A program made the position numbers and the translations under genes. A stretch of DNA of 31,659 bases, from NCBI GenBank assembly GCA_015523565.1, contig WAKA01000050.1, forward strand, positions 1 through 31,659. The letters are read 5' to 3'. Shown piece by piece: positions 17,533 through 25,315 of this stretch. How positions within the stretch are numbered: position 1 is the stretch's first letter; each line of letters begins with the position of its first letter. The notes beneath the pieces were generated by a model. That model made no database searches and was not told the DNA's origin. It saw nothing but the letters and a program-made list of their open reading frames with translations. Source of the DNA: Candidatus Heimdallarchaeota archaeon (GTDB lineage Archaea > Asgardarchaeota > Heimdallarchaeia > Heimdallarchaeales > Kariarchaeaceae).

Positions 17533-18282
17533 ATGTACAAAAGCAAAATCAGAGGATCATTTGTGGCAATTTTGGTTATTTTGATGTTGATTGTGCAGGT
17601 CAATGATGCTTACTATTTAATTGAGTATTATAAGACCCCAACAAGTCCAGACTACACCAGAGACATATGGGGAACTGAGCTCAATCCGATTGAAAGTCCA
17701 GATAATTACTCTCTGACCCTCTCAATAAGCTATCCGATAAGCTCAAGTGAATATAGGCAAAAGGTTCGGGGTGATAATGTCACTGTGATGAAGATTAATG
17801 GAACCTTGCAAAATTCCCCTTTTTATGCGTTAATTGGCACTTCAGTGGTAGAAATTGTAAAAATGGAGCTTCTTTTTGTTGTAGCGATTTATAGTGAGGG
17901 CAAATTGTACAAGGATGATTATTATTTTTTCAGAAACGACAAAGAACACAACTTTACAAGTTTTGAAAAGGGATTCCAAGTTAAAATAAAGCCCACAGGG
18001 AATAGTGTTTTTGAGGAAAGAGGATTTCAAATCCTATACAAGTACAGAGAAACATATATCATGAAGAATGGAAGCATAGACCAAGCAATTATAGGATATT
18101 ATCAGATAGAATTGGGGGAGGGGACAAACTATACCGTTTTGGATCAAATAGGGGTAGGTACACCAAATCTCACTATCAGGGTTCTCAATCCAATCAGGTT
18201 GATAATGGATGGTCTTTTGTTTATTGCGACGGTTGCAACCATAATTCAAATCTATAGAAAACGGGAAGCTTGGATTGGTTAG
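17533..18282 (+). CDS. Doubly membrane-anchored extracellular protein, paralog B (249 aa)
   Basis: About 175/249 residues identical to paralog A by hand alignment. Same topology. Confidence 0.9.
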   Translation: MYKSKIRGSFVAILVILMLIVQVNDAYYLIEYYKTPTSPDYTRDIWGTELNPIESPDNYSLTLSISYPISSSEYRQKVRGDNVTVMKINGTLQNSPFYALIGTSVVEIVKMELLFVVAIYSEGKLYKDDYYFFRNDKEHNFTSFEKGFQVKIKPTGNSVFEERGFQILYKYRETYIMKNGSIDQAIIGYYQIELGEGTNYTVLDQIGVGTPNLTIRVLNPIRLIMDGLLFIATVATIIQIYRKREAWIG

Positions 18283-18307
18283 CCAATATATTGAAACAGT
18301 TTCATTT

Positions 18308-18340
18308 AGGCATTCTCATGTCCATTCGGACAGGTCATTT
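18308..18340 (+). pseudogene. Short remnant of the 5' end of permease 1
   Basis: RHSHVHSDRSF matches KYSHISVDKSF (11865-11897), at the equivalent position just after the paralog stop. Confidence 0.5.
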
Positions 18341-19429
18341 ATAGATGAAGTAAAATGTTTTTTCGATAATATTGTCAAGATCCATGACAGTGGGTTTTTC
18401 CATTTCCATTGCCAAATTGTCTCCAAAATGGCTGTGGAGTTCCTTGATTGTTTCATTCATCGCCATTCTGAGAAGTTTAGAGTCACGTTCAGAAAATACA
18501 GCAATGAAATACAATGAATCGTCTTTTAGCAGAATGTGGCGATCCTTGAATTTGACAAGTTCAGGAGTAGAATTGGAATTGAAAAATTCACTGATCAACG
18601 AGGTGATGGCTTGAAGTGCACCCGATAGTATGATGGTTTCCGCCTCGTTTTTTTCCTTGCCAAATGATTTGCTGTATTTGAGTACCCCATAGGAGTTTAC
18701 GATGATCACCAAATGTGTTTTCTCAGGAAGGATAAATGCAATTCGTGGATCTTTAAGATAGGCAAGGATTAGTGCAGAATAGGTTCCTGAAAGGAAGATA
18801 TAGTTAAGTGAAAGTAGCATTGGTGTTTTTGTGATTGCAACGACAGCAAGCGTTATGACGGATCCTAAAGCACTTGCCATGATGGTGAAGTAAAATGCAT
18901 TAACCTGAAATCGTTGTGTATCACTAAGGTCTTCCTTCATTAAAATTTTAAGATCACGATGGGTAAAGAGCACAAGTAATACAAGAACGGCTGCATTGAG
19001 AATATCTCCTGCCGATTTGATTTGCAAAATTAGAGACGTTTCCCCCAATTCAGCAAGAACAAAATGAGCAATTCTAAGACCAAAAATTGCACCGAGTAAA
19101 AAAATAAACGGAGAAAGTTGTTTAATATCCAGACTTGGTTGAACAAGAAGTTTGACAAATGATGCAAGTGAAATCAAACCGATGACAATCAGCAGATTGC
19201 TTAGAATGGAAACAATTGCATTAGCGACTAGAGATTTGGAAGGGGTAAAGATTTCAAATTCAAGATAAGTCAGGACATTCCAAAGAAGAGTGGCAATTAG
19301 GGTGGAGACAAGGAGCCAAGTGAGTTTAAAGGTTGCTTGTTCCTTTTTCTTTAAGATAAGTGAGATGACACTAATTGTCACAACAATGGATATAAAAAGA
19401 AACATATGGACATAAAGGGGAGTGGACAT
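18335..19429 (-). CDS. Seven-TM protein fused to a C-terminal longin-like domain (start probably ATG 19429)
   Basis: Seven hydrophobic helices, then DPRIAFILP and a beta-beta-alpha-beta-beta-alpha pattern (HLVIIVNSYGVLKYSKSF, IILSGALQAITSLISEFF, HILL, FIAVFS, LLRMAMNETIKEL). TTAAAAAA box 27 nt upstream. Confidence 0.75.
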   Translation of the reverse strand: MSTPLYVHMFLFISIVVTISVISLILKKKEQATFKLTWLLVSTLIATLLWNVLTYLEFEIFTPSKSLVANAIVSILSNLLIVIGLISLASFVKLLVQPSLDIKQLSPFIFLLGAIFGLRIAHFVLAELGETSLILQIKSAGDILNAAVLVLLVLFTHRDLKILMKEDLSDTQRFQVNAFYFTIMASALGSVITLAVVAITKTPMLLSLNYIFLSGTYSALILAYLKDPRIAFILPEKTHLVIIVNSYGVLKYSKSFGKEKNEAETIILSGALQAITSLISEFFNSNSTPELVKFKDRHILLKDDSLYFIAVFSERDSKLLRMAMNETIKELHSHFGDNLAMEMEKPTVMDLDNIIEKTFYFIYK

Positions 19430-19475
19430 CCCAATCAAAGAAAAAATATTTTTTAACAATAAAAATGTTCGTTTT

Positions 19476-20363
19476 TTAAGTAAGAAATCGAATAGAAGTG
19501 ATGGAAAAAACATAAGCTATAGCAAACAAGGCAGTGGCTTGTTTTATTTTTTTGGAATATTGTTGGTTCCAATCACGTGGTCGTAATGCACGTTCAATAA
19601 CAGTTATTGAAAGAAATGGGATAATCGGCACCATTATCGCAGGGAGGGTGAATAACAAGATCAAAAGCAAGAGTAGAAGAACAATTGAACAGGTTTTCAA
19701 GAGTTTTAGTGACGTGTCAAATCCAAAAGTAGTTGTGAAGTTTGTGTCTGTTTTCTTATCAGTTTCAAAATCACGAAGTTGATTTTCTAGTTGGTTGCCA
19801 AATGAAAACAATGCCGTTGCGCACAATACCATGACATTAAGTCGGTTCATTGCAATTTTTAGTAAAATTAATGTGCCAAGGTAGGGATATGTGGAAATCA
19901 GAAGGGAATGTGTTATCAAGTCGATTACTGGTCTACTTTTGAAACGGAATGGCTTAGCTGAATACGCCCAAGCAAAAAAGCAAGAGAATGCTACGAAAAT
20001 AAGACCAGGTATTCCGAATGGCAATAGTGCCATTGTCAAAAAGAGAACCATGCCAATCGAGAGCATCAGGAAATTTTTCTGGTTCATTTTACCTCTTGCA
20101 AAAAGATTTCTTTTTGATTTTTGAATGTCATGCAAGTCATATGCCTTATCATAATAATCGTTAACCATGAAGGCAAAGGCATATCCAACAGCCATGACAA
20201 TGGCGATCAATATCCCCTTTTTTGGAAAGGTTCGGTTTGCAATCATGGCGATCAAGGAAAGGGTGGTTGCAGCGATCCATTCAGTTCTTATGAGTGCATT
20301 TGTTTCAACAAAAAAGGATTTTATCCCAGACAAACGATAAACTGTGGAACCTTTGCCAACCAT
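19476..20363 (-). CDS. UbiA-family prenyltransferase
   Basis: Asp-rich motifs NDYYDKAYD and NQLRDFETD, YSAKPFRFKSRP, multiple TM helices. Confidence 0.9.
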   Translation of the reverse strand: MVGKGSTVYRLSGIKSFFVETNALIRTEWIAATTLSLIAMIANRTFPKKGILIAIVMAVGYAFAFMVNDYYDKAYDLHDIQKSKRNLFARGKMNQKNFLMLSIGMVLFLTMALLPFGIPGLIFVAFSCFFAWAYSAKPFRFKSRPVIDLITHSLLISTYPYLGTLILLKIAMNRLNVMVLCATALFSFGNQLENQLRDFETDKKTDTNFTTTFGFDTSLKLLKTCSIVLLLLLLILLFTLPAIMVPIIPFLSITVIERALRPRDWNQQYSKKIKQATALFAIAYVFSITSIRFLT

Positions 20364-20458
20364 TATTTTTCTTTTTCAATAAAGTTATATTACATTTTTT
20401 GTGGAAGGGTGATCATAATTGTTAAAACAACCCACCATTTATTTTTTAATGAAAGCAA

Positions 20459-20535
20459 TTCAGCCGCTGAAACTCACCAGTTTCAGAGCGTTTGGTGAGA
20501 TAATTTCACCGTTATCCCATAGGATAGCCAATGAA
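20459..20535 (+). ncRNA. Candidate structured intergenic element with three consecutive hairpins
   Basis: ctgaaact-cacc-agtttcag, ggtgaga-taa-tttcacc and gttatcc-cata-ggatagc. The G-U pairs work on the plus strand. Confidence 0.3.
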
Positions 20536-20584
20536 CAGTAGACAAAGTTTGAATTAAAGATTATTTTCCTTTAATGCAATTCAG

Positions 20585-21118
20585 TTACCTGATATTTTCT
20601 GCAAGGACAATTCTTGTAAGACCTATGGCTTGCGAGGCAAGAAGATGCATATTGCCTAAAGATGCATAAACTGTTGGGAGATTTTCCTCAATAGCCAGCA
20701 CATATTCTTTTGGCATGTCAAGTTTTGCTCCAAGAAACACAGCAAGATCCCTTTTCAGGAAAGTTGAAGAGATGTGTGGGGCATCTTTTTCCAAGACTAC
20801 AGCCTGCCTGTTTTTAATGGATTTGAGGAATTCGGAGAATGGGATTTCTTTGAAATGTGTTTGCCAATTGTCCTTAAGTGCCGCTGCGAGAGATATTTCA
20901 TCATGCACCATGTAATCATAGTCTGCTTGGGTTAATGAGAGTATTCCGCCTTGGGTAAAAACCGCATGGAATGTGATGTGTTGCCCTTGGAAAACATCCC
21001 TCAGTGCAACAAGTGCATTTCTCATAATGATATCCATTCTTCTGTGTCCTTCAAGATTTTTAAGGGAATAATTTGGGTTTGGGAGTGCATCCGTCACGAC
21101 AACGAAATCAATATACAT
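20585..21118 (-). CDS. trmY: tRNA (pseudouridine54-N1)-methyltransferase, SPOUT family (start probably 21118)
   Basis: YSLKNL.GHRRMDIIMR (cf. FSLxDL..GRxDxxxR), HDEISLA, FLGAKLDM and SLGNMHLLASQAI. Confidence 0.75.
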   Translation of the reverse strand: MYIDFVVVTDALPNPNYSLKNLEGHRRMDIIMRNALVALRDVFQGQHITFHAVFTQGGILSLTQADYDYMVHDEISLAAALKDNWQTHFKEIPFSEFLKSIKNRQAVVLEKDAPHISSTFLKRDLAVFLGAKLDMPKEYVLAIEENLPTVYASLGNMHLLASQAIGLTRIVLAENIR

Positions 21119-21809
21119 CAAGTTTTGGTTCCTCTGCTTTTTTAAGAGAGTTTTGTTGTGTTGAGACAGGAATCTTGATGGAATAGGTACAGGCACGACC
21201 CGTATTGTTCAATCGCCGGACAATTGAATTTCCTTCAAAAATGAAATCAGTGGTTGCCTGTAGCGATCCCTGAACCATGGCACAAGATTTTCCCGATGTG
21301 TCTTCCCCATTGCAAAGACAAGGTTCAACAATGGCATGGAAAGTGAGGAAACGCTTGTTTTTATCACCATTTGTGATTGTGATTTTGGAAATGGGAAGGA
21401 TGGATCCGTCCTGTTGATAGCTAAAGTCAATGAAAGGATATGCCAAATTGATAATTTCTTGGAATTCTTTGAAATCAGCTCTTGCGATTTTGGTTTTTGT
21501 TTGGCTGATATTTTTTTTCAGGAGCGAATAAACGAAATTATACCCAGTCTTTTGGGCAACAGCGGCAGATGGAAGTGCCGCGGCAATTTTCCTATAAAAG
21601 TCTGCAAGATTGTTTGAATAATAGTCCCTGTTGCGGTTGGTACTTGTCAGTTTAACGGCTTTTTGGGTGACAAGGGAATTCAGTGCAGGTCGCACCGTGT
21701 TTCGATGGTATCCGCTGACATCGCTGATTTGCTGAATGGAAAGAGTCATGGGTAGTTTTGTCAGGATAAGTTTTACCTTGTCAGAGGTTTTCAGGCAATG
21801 TCTACCCAT
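21108..21809 (-). CDS. Winged-HTH regulator with C-terminal V4R-like Cys-containing sensor domain
   Basis: LSIQQISDVSGYHRNTVRPALNSLV HTH, then PCLC...SCAMVQGSLQA...ACTYSIKI. Confidence 0.75.
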   Translation of the reverse strand: MGRHCLKTSDKVKLILTKLPMTLSIQQISDVSGYHRNTVRPALNSLVTQKAVKLTSTNRNRDYYSNNLADFYRKIAAALPSAAVAQKTGYNFVYSLLKKNISQTKTKIARADFKEFQEIINLAYPFIDFSYQQDGSILPISKITITNGDKNKRFLTFHAIVEPCLCNGEDTSGKSCAMVQGSLQATTDFIFEGNSIVRRLNNTGRACTYSIKIPVSTQQNSLKKAEEPKLDVY

Positions 21810-21822
21810 ATTTTCCCCTCAA

Positions 21823-22113
21823 TTAGTTTTCGTGGGCGAGAGCTTTTTTAGCTTCCTCGATGTGAGCCTCCATAAGGCTTGGCTCCATCATGGGGTTCAA
21901 GGTATAAAATACGGATCTCATATCTTCAAGGTTAGGGATTTCTGTGATAATCCCCTCTTCAGAAAGTCTTTTGAGTGCATACCTGACTGTTTTGGCAGGC
22001 ATGCTTACTTTAGTGATGAGCTCCTTTTGAGTGAGGGGCGAATGTTCAGCAAGAGCGGTAATCAATTTTTTAGATGATTTTGGAAGTTTGGGCAATTTAT
22101 ATTGCGTGCTCAT
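21823..22113 (-). CDS. Small archaeal winged-HTH (MarR/TrmB-like) regulator (about 96 aa; start 22113)
   Basis: LPKSSKKL..AL....PLTQKEL.....MPAKTVRYALKRL...GII...PNLEDMR..FY matches a common archaeal wHTH family. Confidence 0.85.
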   Translation of the reverse strand: MSTQYKLPKLPKSSKKLITALAEHSPLTQKELITKVSMPAKTVRYALKRLSEEGIITEIPNLEDMRSVFYTLNPMMEPSLMEAHIEEAKKALAHEN

Positions 22114-22118
22114 GTTAT

Positions 22119-22313
22119 TCACCGAGTTTGCACAAATTTCATGTGCCTCAAATAAGAGAGGTTGAAAACCATATTTAAATGATAAGATAGTGTCAATTAT
22201 TATTGTGCAAATTTGCACATGTTGGAGATGCTAGAGATTTTTAGAAGAAAGAGAAAATAGAGTATTTAAACAAAATAAATTATCAAAATAACATCAATGT
22301 GCGAGTTTGAACA
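22119..22313. promoter_or_regulatory. Divergent promoter region with three related palindromic operator-like sites
   Basis: Perfect TGTGCAAATTTGCACA (22204-22219), TGTGCGAGTTTGAACA (22298-22313) and TCACCGAGTTTGCACA (22119-22134). TATTTAAA boxes near 22172 and 22263. Confidence 0.65.
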
Positions 22314-22376
22314 TTATTGAATCGGTGAAAAGATAGGGGCGAATGACTTGCGATATTTTTATATGGTGAGGGAAAA

Positions 22377-23447
22377 ATGGTTTCAATAATGAAAGATGAA
22401 AAAGATTTGGGCTTGCTTGCGGAACAGCTTGACAACCAACTGCGGGATTCTGTGATCATAGGGAATCATGTGTCCGATGGTCAAGTAATACTCAAAGGAG
22501 CAAAAATGGAAGGAGATAGGTGGCGTATTCATGTAATAACGATAATGGGCATGCAATCATTGAGTACACGTGCACCATCACAACAGATAAGGCGGTATGG
22601 TCAAGAATCATTGAGATTTTTGGATCCAGAAGAATACATTGCAAGAATTGCTGTTTGGAGGGATATGTTGACTGGTCATCTTGGAGTACAATTGTTATTG
22701 TACTCTGGTCGAACCATAGAAATTGTCGGAGACATATCCATTGATATAATGGATGGAGAATTGGCGGAGAAGGAATACCATGTGCCAAAGGAGGTAAGAC
22801 TTCCCAAATCCAATGTCGAGATAGGACATGATGTGAAGGAACCAGTCCCAATGGTGGATGAAACTGGAGAAAAAACATTGGATGAAGCAAGTGTAAACGG
22901 AGAGGATGAGATAGGTGCAAGCATGGGCATGGTGGATGAAACTGGAGAATTATCTGAAGATGAAATGGAGGGGACACAAATTGTGGAGATTGGGAAAGAT
23001 CAAGGGAGGGAAGAGGAGAACATAGGGAAAGAGGAATTTAAAGAAGATACAATAATCAAAGAAGAAGAAACGGTAATTGATGAAAGTCCAAGGCATGTGG
23101 AAGAGGGAGAAACATTTTTGGATGCAAATGAAGAAAAGGAAGTTGGGGAAGAAGTTACAGAACATGAGACAAAATTTGGATACAATAAAGAAGTGCGAAC
23201 AGAGGTCATGGAAAGTGGAGGAGTTTGGAGAGACCCTGAAGAAAAGAGTGAGGCAGAATACAAAGATATTGATGATATTGAGCAGATAATAGAGGAAGAG
23301 TTGGAAAAAGTGGAAGAGGAAAAGGACAAAAAATTGGCCAAACATGGGAAGAGGTTGACAAGCCCTTTGACAACTGAAGACTTGGATAAATTGGAAGAAG
23401 TCCTGAAGCGGAGAGAGGAAGATGGAAACAATCAAGATGGAAATTAA
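22377..23447 (+). CDS. Hypothetical protein: about 130-aa folded N-domain plus long Glu-rich disordered region
   Basis: GGTGAG SD-like site upstream, strongly purine-rich coding strand, internal MVDETGE repeat. Confidence 0.75.
   Translation: MVSIMKDEKDLGLLAEQLDNQLRDSVIIGNHVSDGQVILKGAKMEGDRWRIHVITIMGMQSLSTRAPSQQIRRYGQESLRFLDPEEYIARIAVWRDMLTGHLGVQLLLYSGRTIEIVGDISIDIMDGELAEKEYHVPKEVRLPKSNVEIGHDVKEPVPMVDETGEKTLDEASVNGEDEIGASMGMVDETGELSEDEMEGTQIVEIGKDQGREEENIGKEEFKEDTIIKEEETVIDESPRHVEEGETFLDANEEKEVGEEVTEHETKFGYNKEVRTEVMESGGVWRDPEEKSEAEYKDIDDIEQIIEEELEKVEEEKDKKLAKHGKRLTSPLTTEDLDKLEEVLKRREEDGNNQDGN
22851..22949 (+). repeat. 21-bp exact direct repeat (atggtggatgaaactggagaa), 78-nt period
   Basis: Copies at 22851-22871 and 22929-22949, both in frame (MVDETGE). 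Confidence 0.9.
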
Positions 23448-24054
23448 AGGGGAAACATTAAAGGTAAAACTTTCTCGACCAGACCAGCGAAACGCAGTTT
23501 CCTCAACCATGATAAGGGAACTGGGGGAAGCCTGCAAAGTGGTAGAAGAAACTGAGAAAATCAAATCAATGGTATTGATTGGGGAAGGCAAGGTTTTTTG
23601 TGCCGGCGCAGACTTGAAGGAAATTGGAAAGCTTTACGGCAAGGCAAAACATGAGTTCACCAAGTCTGCACAAAAATTGCTTAGGCGGATTGAAAAGCTT
23701 CCTGCATTGGTTGTTGCTGCGATGAACGGTCACGCATTTGGAGGGGGGCTGGAACTGGCATTGGCTTGTGACATTCGAATTTTGGTGGAAAATGCAAAAA
23801 TAGGGCTGACTGAGGTAACATTGGGACTTATTCCTGCATGGGGAGGTACACAGCGGTTACCAAAGGTGATTGGATTGGGAAAGGCAAAAGAGCTGGTGTT
23901 ATTGGGGAAGCCGATTGAAGCAAGGCAAGCAGAGCAAATAGGTATTGTAACAAGGTTATGTACAAGGGAAGAAATTGAATCAGTTGCATTAAAATATGCT
24001 AAAGGTGCTTTAAGTCAATCAAGAGAGTTAAAGAGAAGAATGCAATGGTTATGA
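23422..24054 (+). CDS. Enoyl-CoA hydratase/isomerase (crotonase) family protein with a short C-terminus; start 23422 or 23437
   Basis: LSRPDQRNA, FCAGADL, NGHAFGGGLELALACD and GLTEVTLGLIPAWGGTQRL, with both catalytic Glu present. Confidence 0.92.
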   Translation: METIKMEIKGETLKVKLSRPDQRNAVSSTMIRELGEACKVVEETEKIKSMVLIGEGKVFCAGADLKEIGKLYGKAKHEFTKSAQKLLRRIEKLPALVVAAMNGHAFGGGLELALACDIRILVENAKIGLTEVTLGLIPAWGGTQRLPKVIGLGKAKELVLLGKPIEARQAEQIGIVTRLCTREEIESVALKYAKGALSQSRELKRRMQWL

Positions 24055-25281
24055 GTTGCCAGAATTTCCTTGGGCGATGCGTCCTGAGATTAATTGGTTT
24101 GCATTGATTTCAGAGTTTTGATCAATGATTGTTCCAGGCAACAAAGTTATATTGGGCCAAAGGATGGAGTTGGGACCGATAACAGCGCCGAATTTTGGAA
24201 GTGGGACTTCCACTTCCTTACTGGGAAGGATGGCAGATATTTTTCCTGTTTTGGACTTGTTGACAGTAACACACCCTGCATGGATGGTTGAATGTTCACC
24301 GACAATGGAATCACCGATGTAGCAAAGTCTTGAGACAGTTGCTTCCTTCATCAGGACAGAGCCTTTTATTTCACATCCCATGCCGATGACAGACCCCTCC
24401 TCGATCACCGTACCTTTCCTTATGAGTGCATTGTTGCCAATGAATACGTTTTTCCCGATGTATACAGGACCTTTTATGATTGAGCCTTGTAAGACCGTGA
24501 CTCCTTCTTCAATATGAACGGGTCCAACAATTTGGGTATTGCTTTCAATCATGGCAGAGGGATGAATGGTGGTATATTGCATTTTTTCGAGCATGAGTCG
24601 ATTTGCAATCAAAACATCCCAAGGTTGTCCCACATCGACCCAAGGCTCGGTCCAGATTGCGCATGCAACTTTTCCGCCTTCCTTTATGAACAGATTGAAT
24701 GCCTCATTAAAGTGGTAGCCTTTTTCCAAATAGTCAAATATCTTAGGAGTTAAAACAAAAGTGCCAGCAATGACATAGTTTCCTTCTTGGACTTCAGTCT
24801 CTTCGTAGACATGTTGAAGAAATCCTTGATTGTCAAGTGTCACAACACCGAATTCAGCGGTTTGAAGCTGAAGGGCGACAGCCATGGACATATCTGCACC
24901 GAGATTGTCAAGGGCGTTAAGGGTTCGGGTAATGAGTGCGGTATCTGAGATTATGTCAGTATGCTGGAGCACGAACATTTCTTCATTTTTAAGATAGGTG
25001 GCTATGGTTTTGACAGCCTCATCAATTCCGAACTTGGTTGGTGGTTGCTCAACATATTTGAGATTAACGCCAAACTGATCTCCTGAACCTAGCTGGTTTT
25101 TGATCATTTCACCCATATGACCAATGACAACAAATATTTCGTTGATTTGGTGAGCTTTGAGTTTTTCTATTTGATAAGCGATCAGAGGTTTTCCAAGCAC
25201 TGGGATGAGGGCTTTTGGGGTGGTTGCTGTAAGAGGAAGGAGATCTTGACCTAAACCTGCGGCAAGTATTACTGCTTTCAT
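24049..25281 (-). CDS. glmU: Archaeal GlmU-like sugar-1-phosphate nucleotidyltransferase with left-handed beta-helix domain
   Basis: MKAVILAAGxG..L.PLT...PKALIPV, W.DVGQPWD and hexapeptide repeats (IVGPVHIEEG, IKGPVYIGKN, YIGDSIVG). Lies directly downstream of glmS. Confidence 0.8.
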   Translation of the reverse strand: MKAVILAAGLGQDLLPLTATTPKALIPVLGKPLIAYQIEKLKAHQINEIFVVIGHMGEMIKNQLGSGDQFGVNLKYVEQPPTKFGIDEAVKTIATYLKNEEMFVLQHTDIISDTALITRTLNALDNLGADMSMAVALQLQTAEFGVVTLDNQGFLQHVYEETEVQEGNYVIAGTFVLTPKIFDYLEKGYHFNEAFNLFIKEGGKVACAIWTEPWVDVGQPWDVLIANRLMLEKMQYTTIHPSAMIESNTQIVGPVHIEEGVTVLQGSIIKGPVYIGKNVFIGNNALIRKGTVIEEGSVIGMGCEIKGSVLMKEATVSRLCYIGDSIVGEHSTIHAGCVTVNKSKTGKISAILPSKEVEVPLPKFGAVIGPNSILWPNITLLPGTIIDQNSEINANQLISGRIAQGNSGNS

Positions 25282-25315
25282 TGTTTCACCTTTTTCGTTG
25301 AATTAAATAATCTGC

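Noticed and set aside
11098-18282. Paralogs A/B as a DGR template/variable pair or as composite-transposon ends
   Set aside because: The differences are not adenine-specific and both copies are full ORFs. No reverse transcriptase, transposase or terminal inverted repeats were seen.
18275-18517. 80-aa plus-strand ORF as a real gene
   Set aside because: Beyond the short permease-like remnant it is antisense to the 7TM-longin-like gene.
7008-20467. 11-bp direct repeat aattcagccgc at 7008 and 20457 as possible att sites
   Set aside because: 11-mer matches are expected by chance in 31 kb. It does not include the tRNA 3' end, and no integrase is present.
22492-23591. Several long minus-strand ORFs rich in F/S/L/P
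   Set aside because: They are shadows of the purine-rich Glu-coding plus strand.
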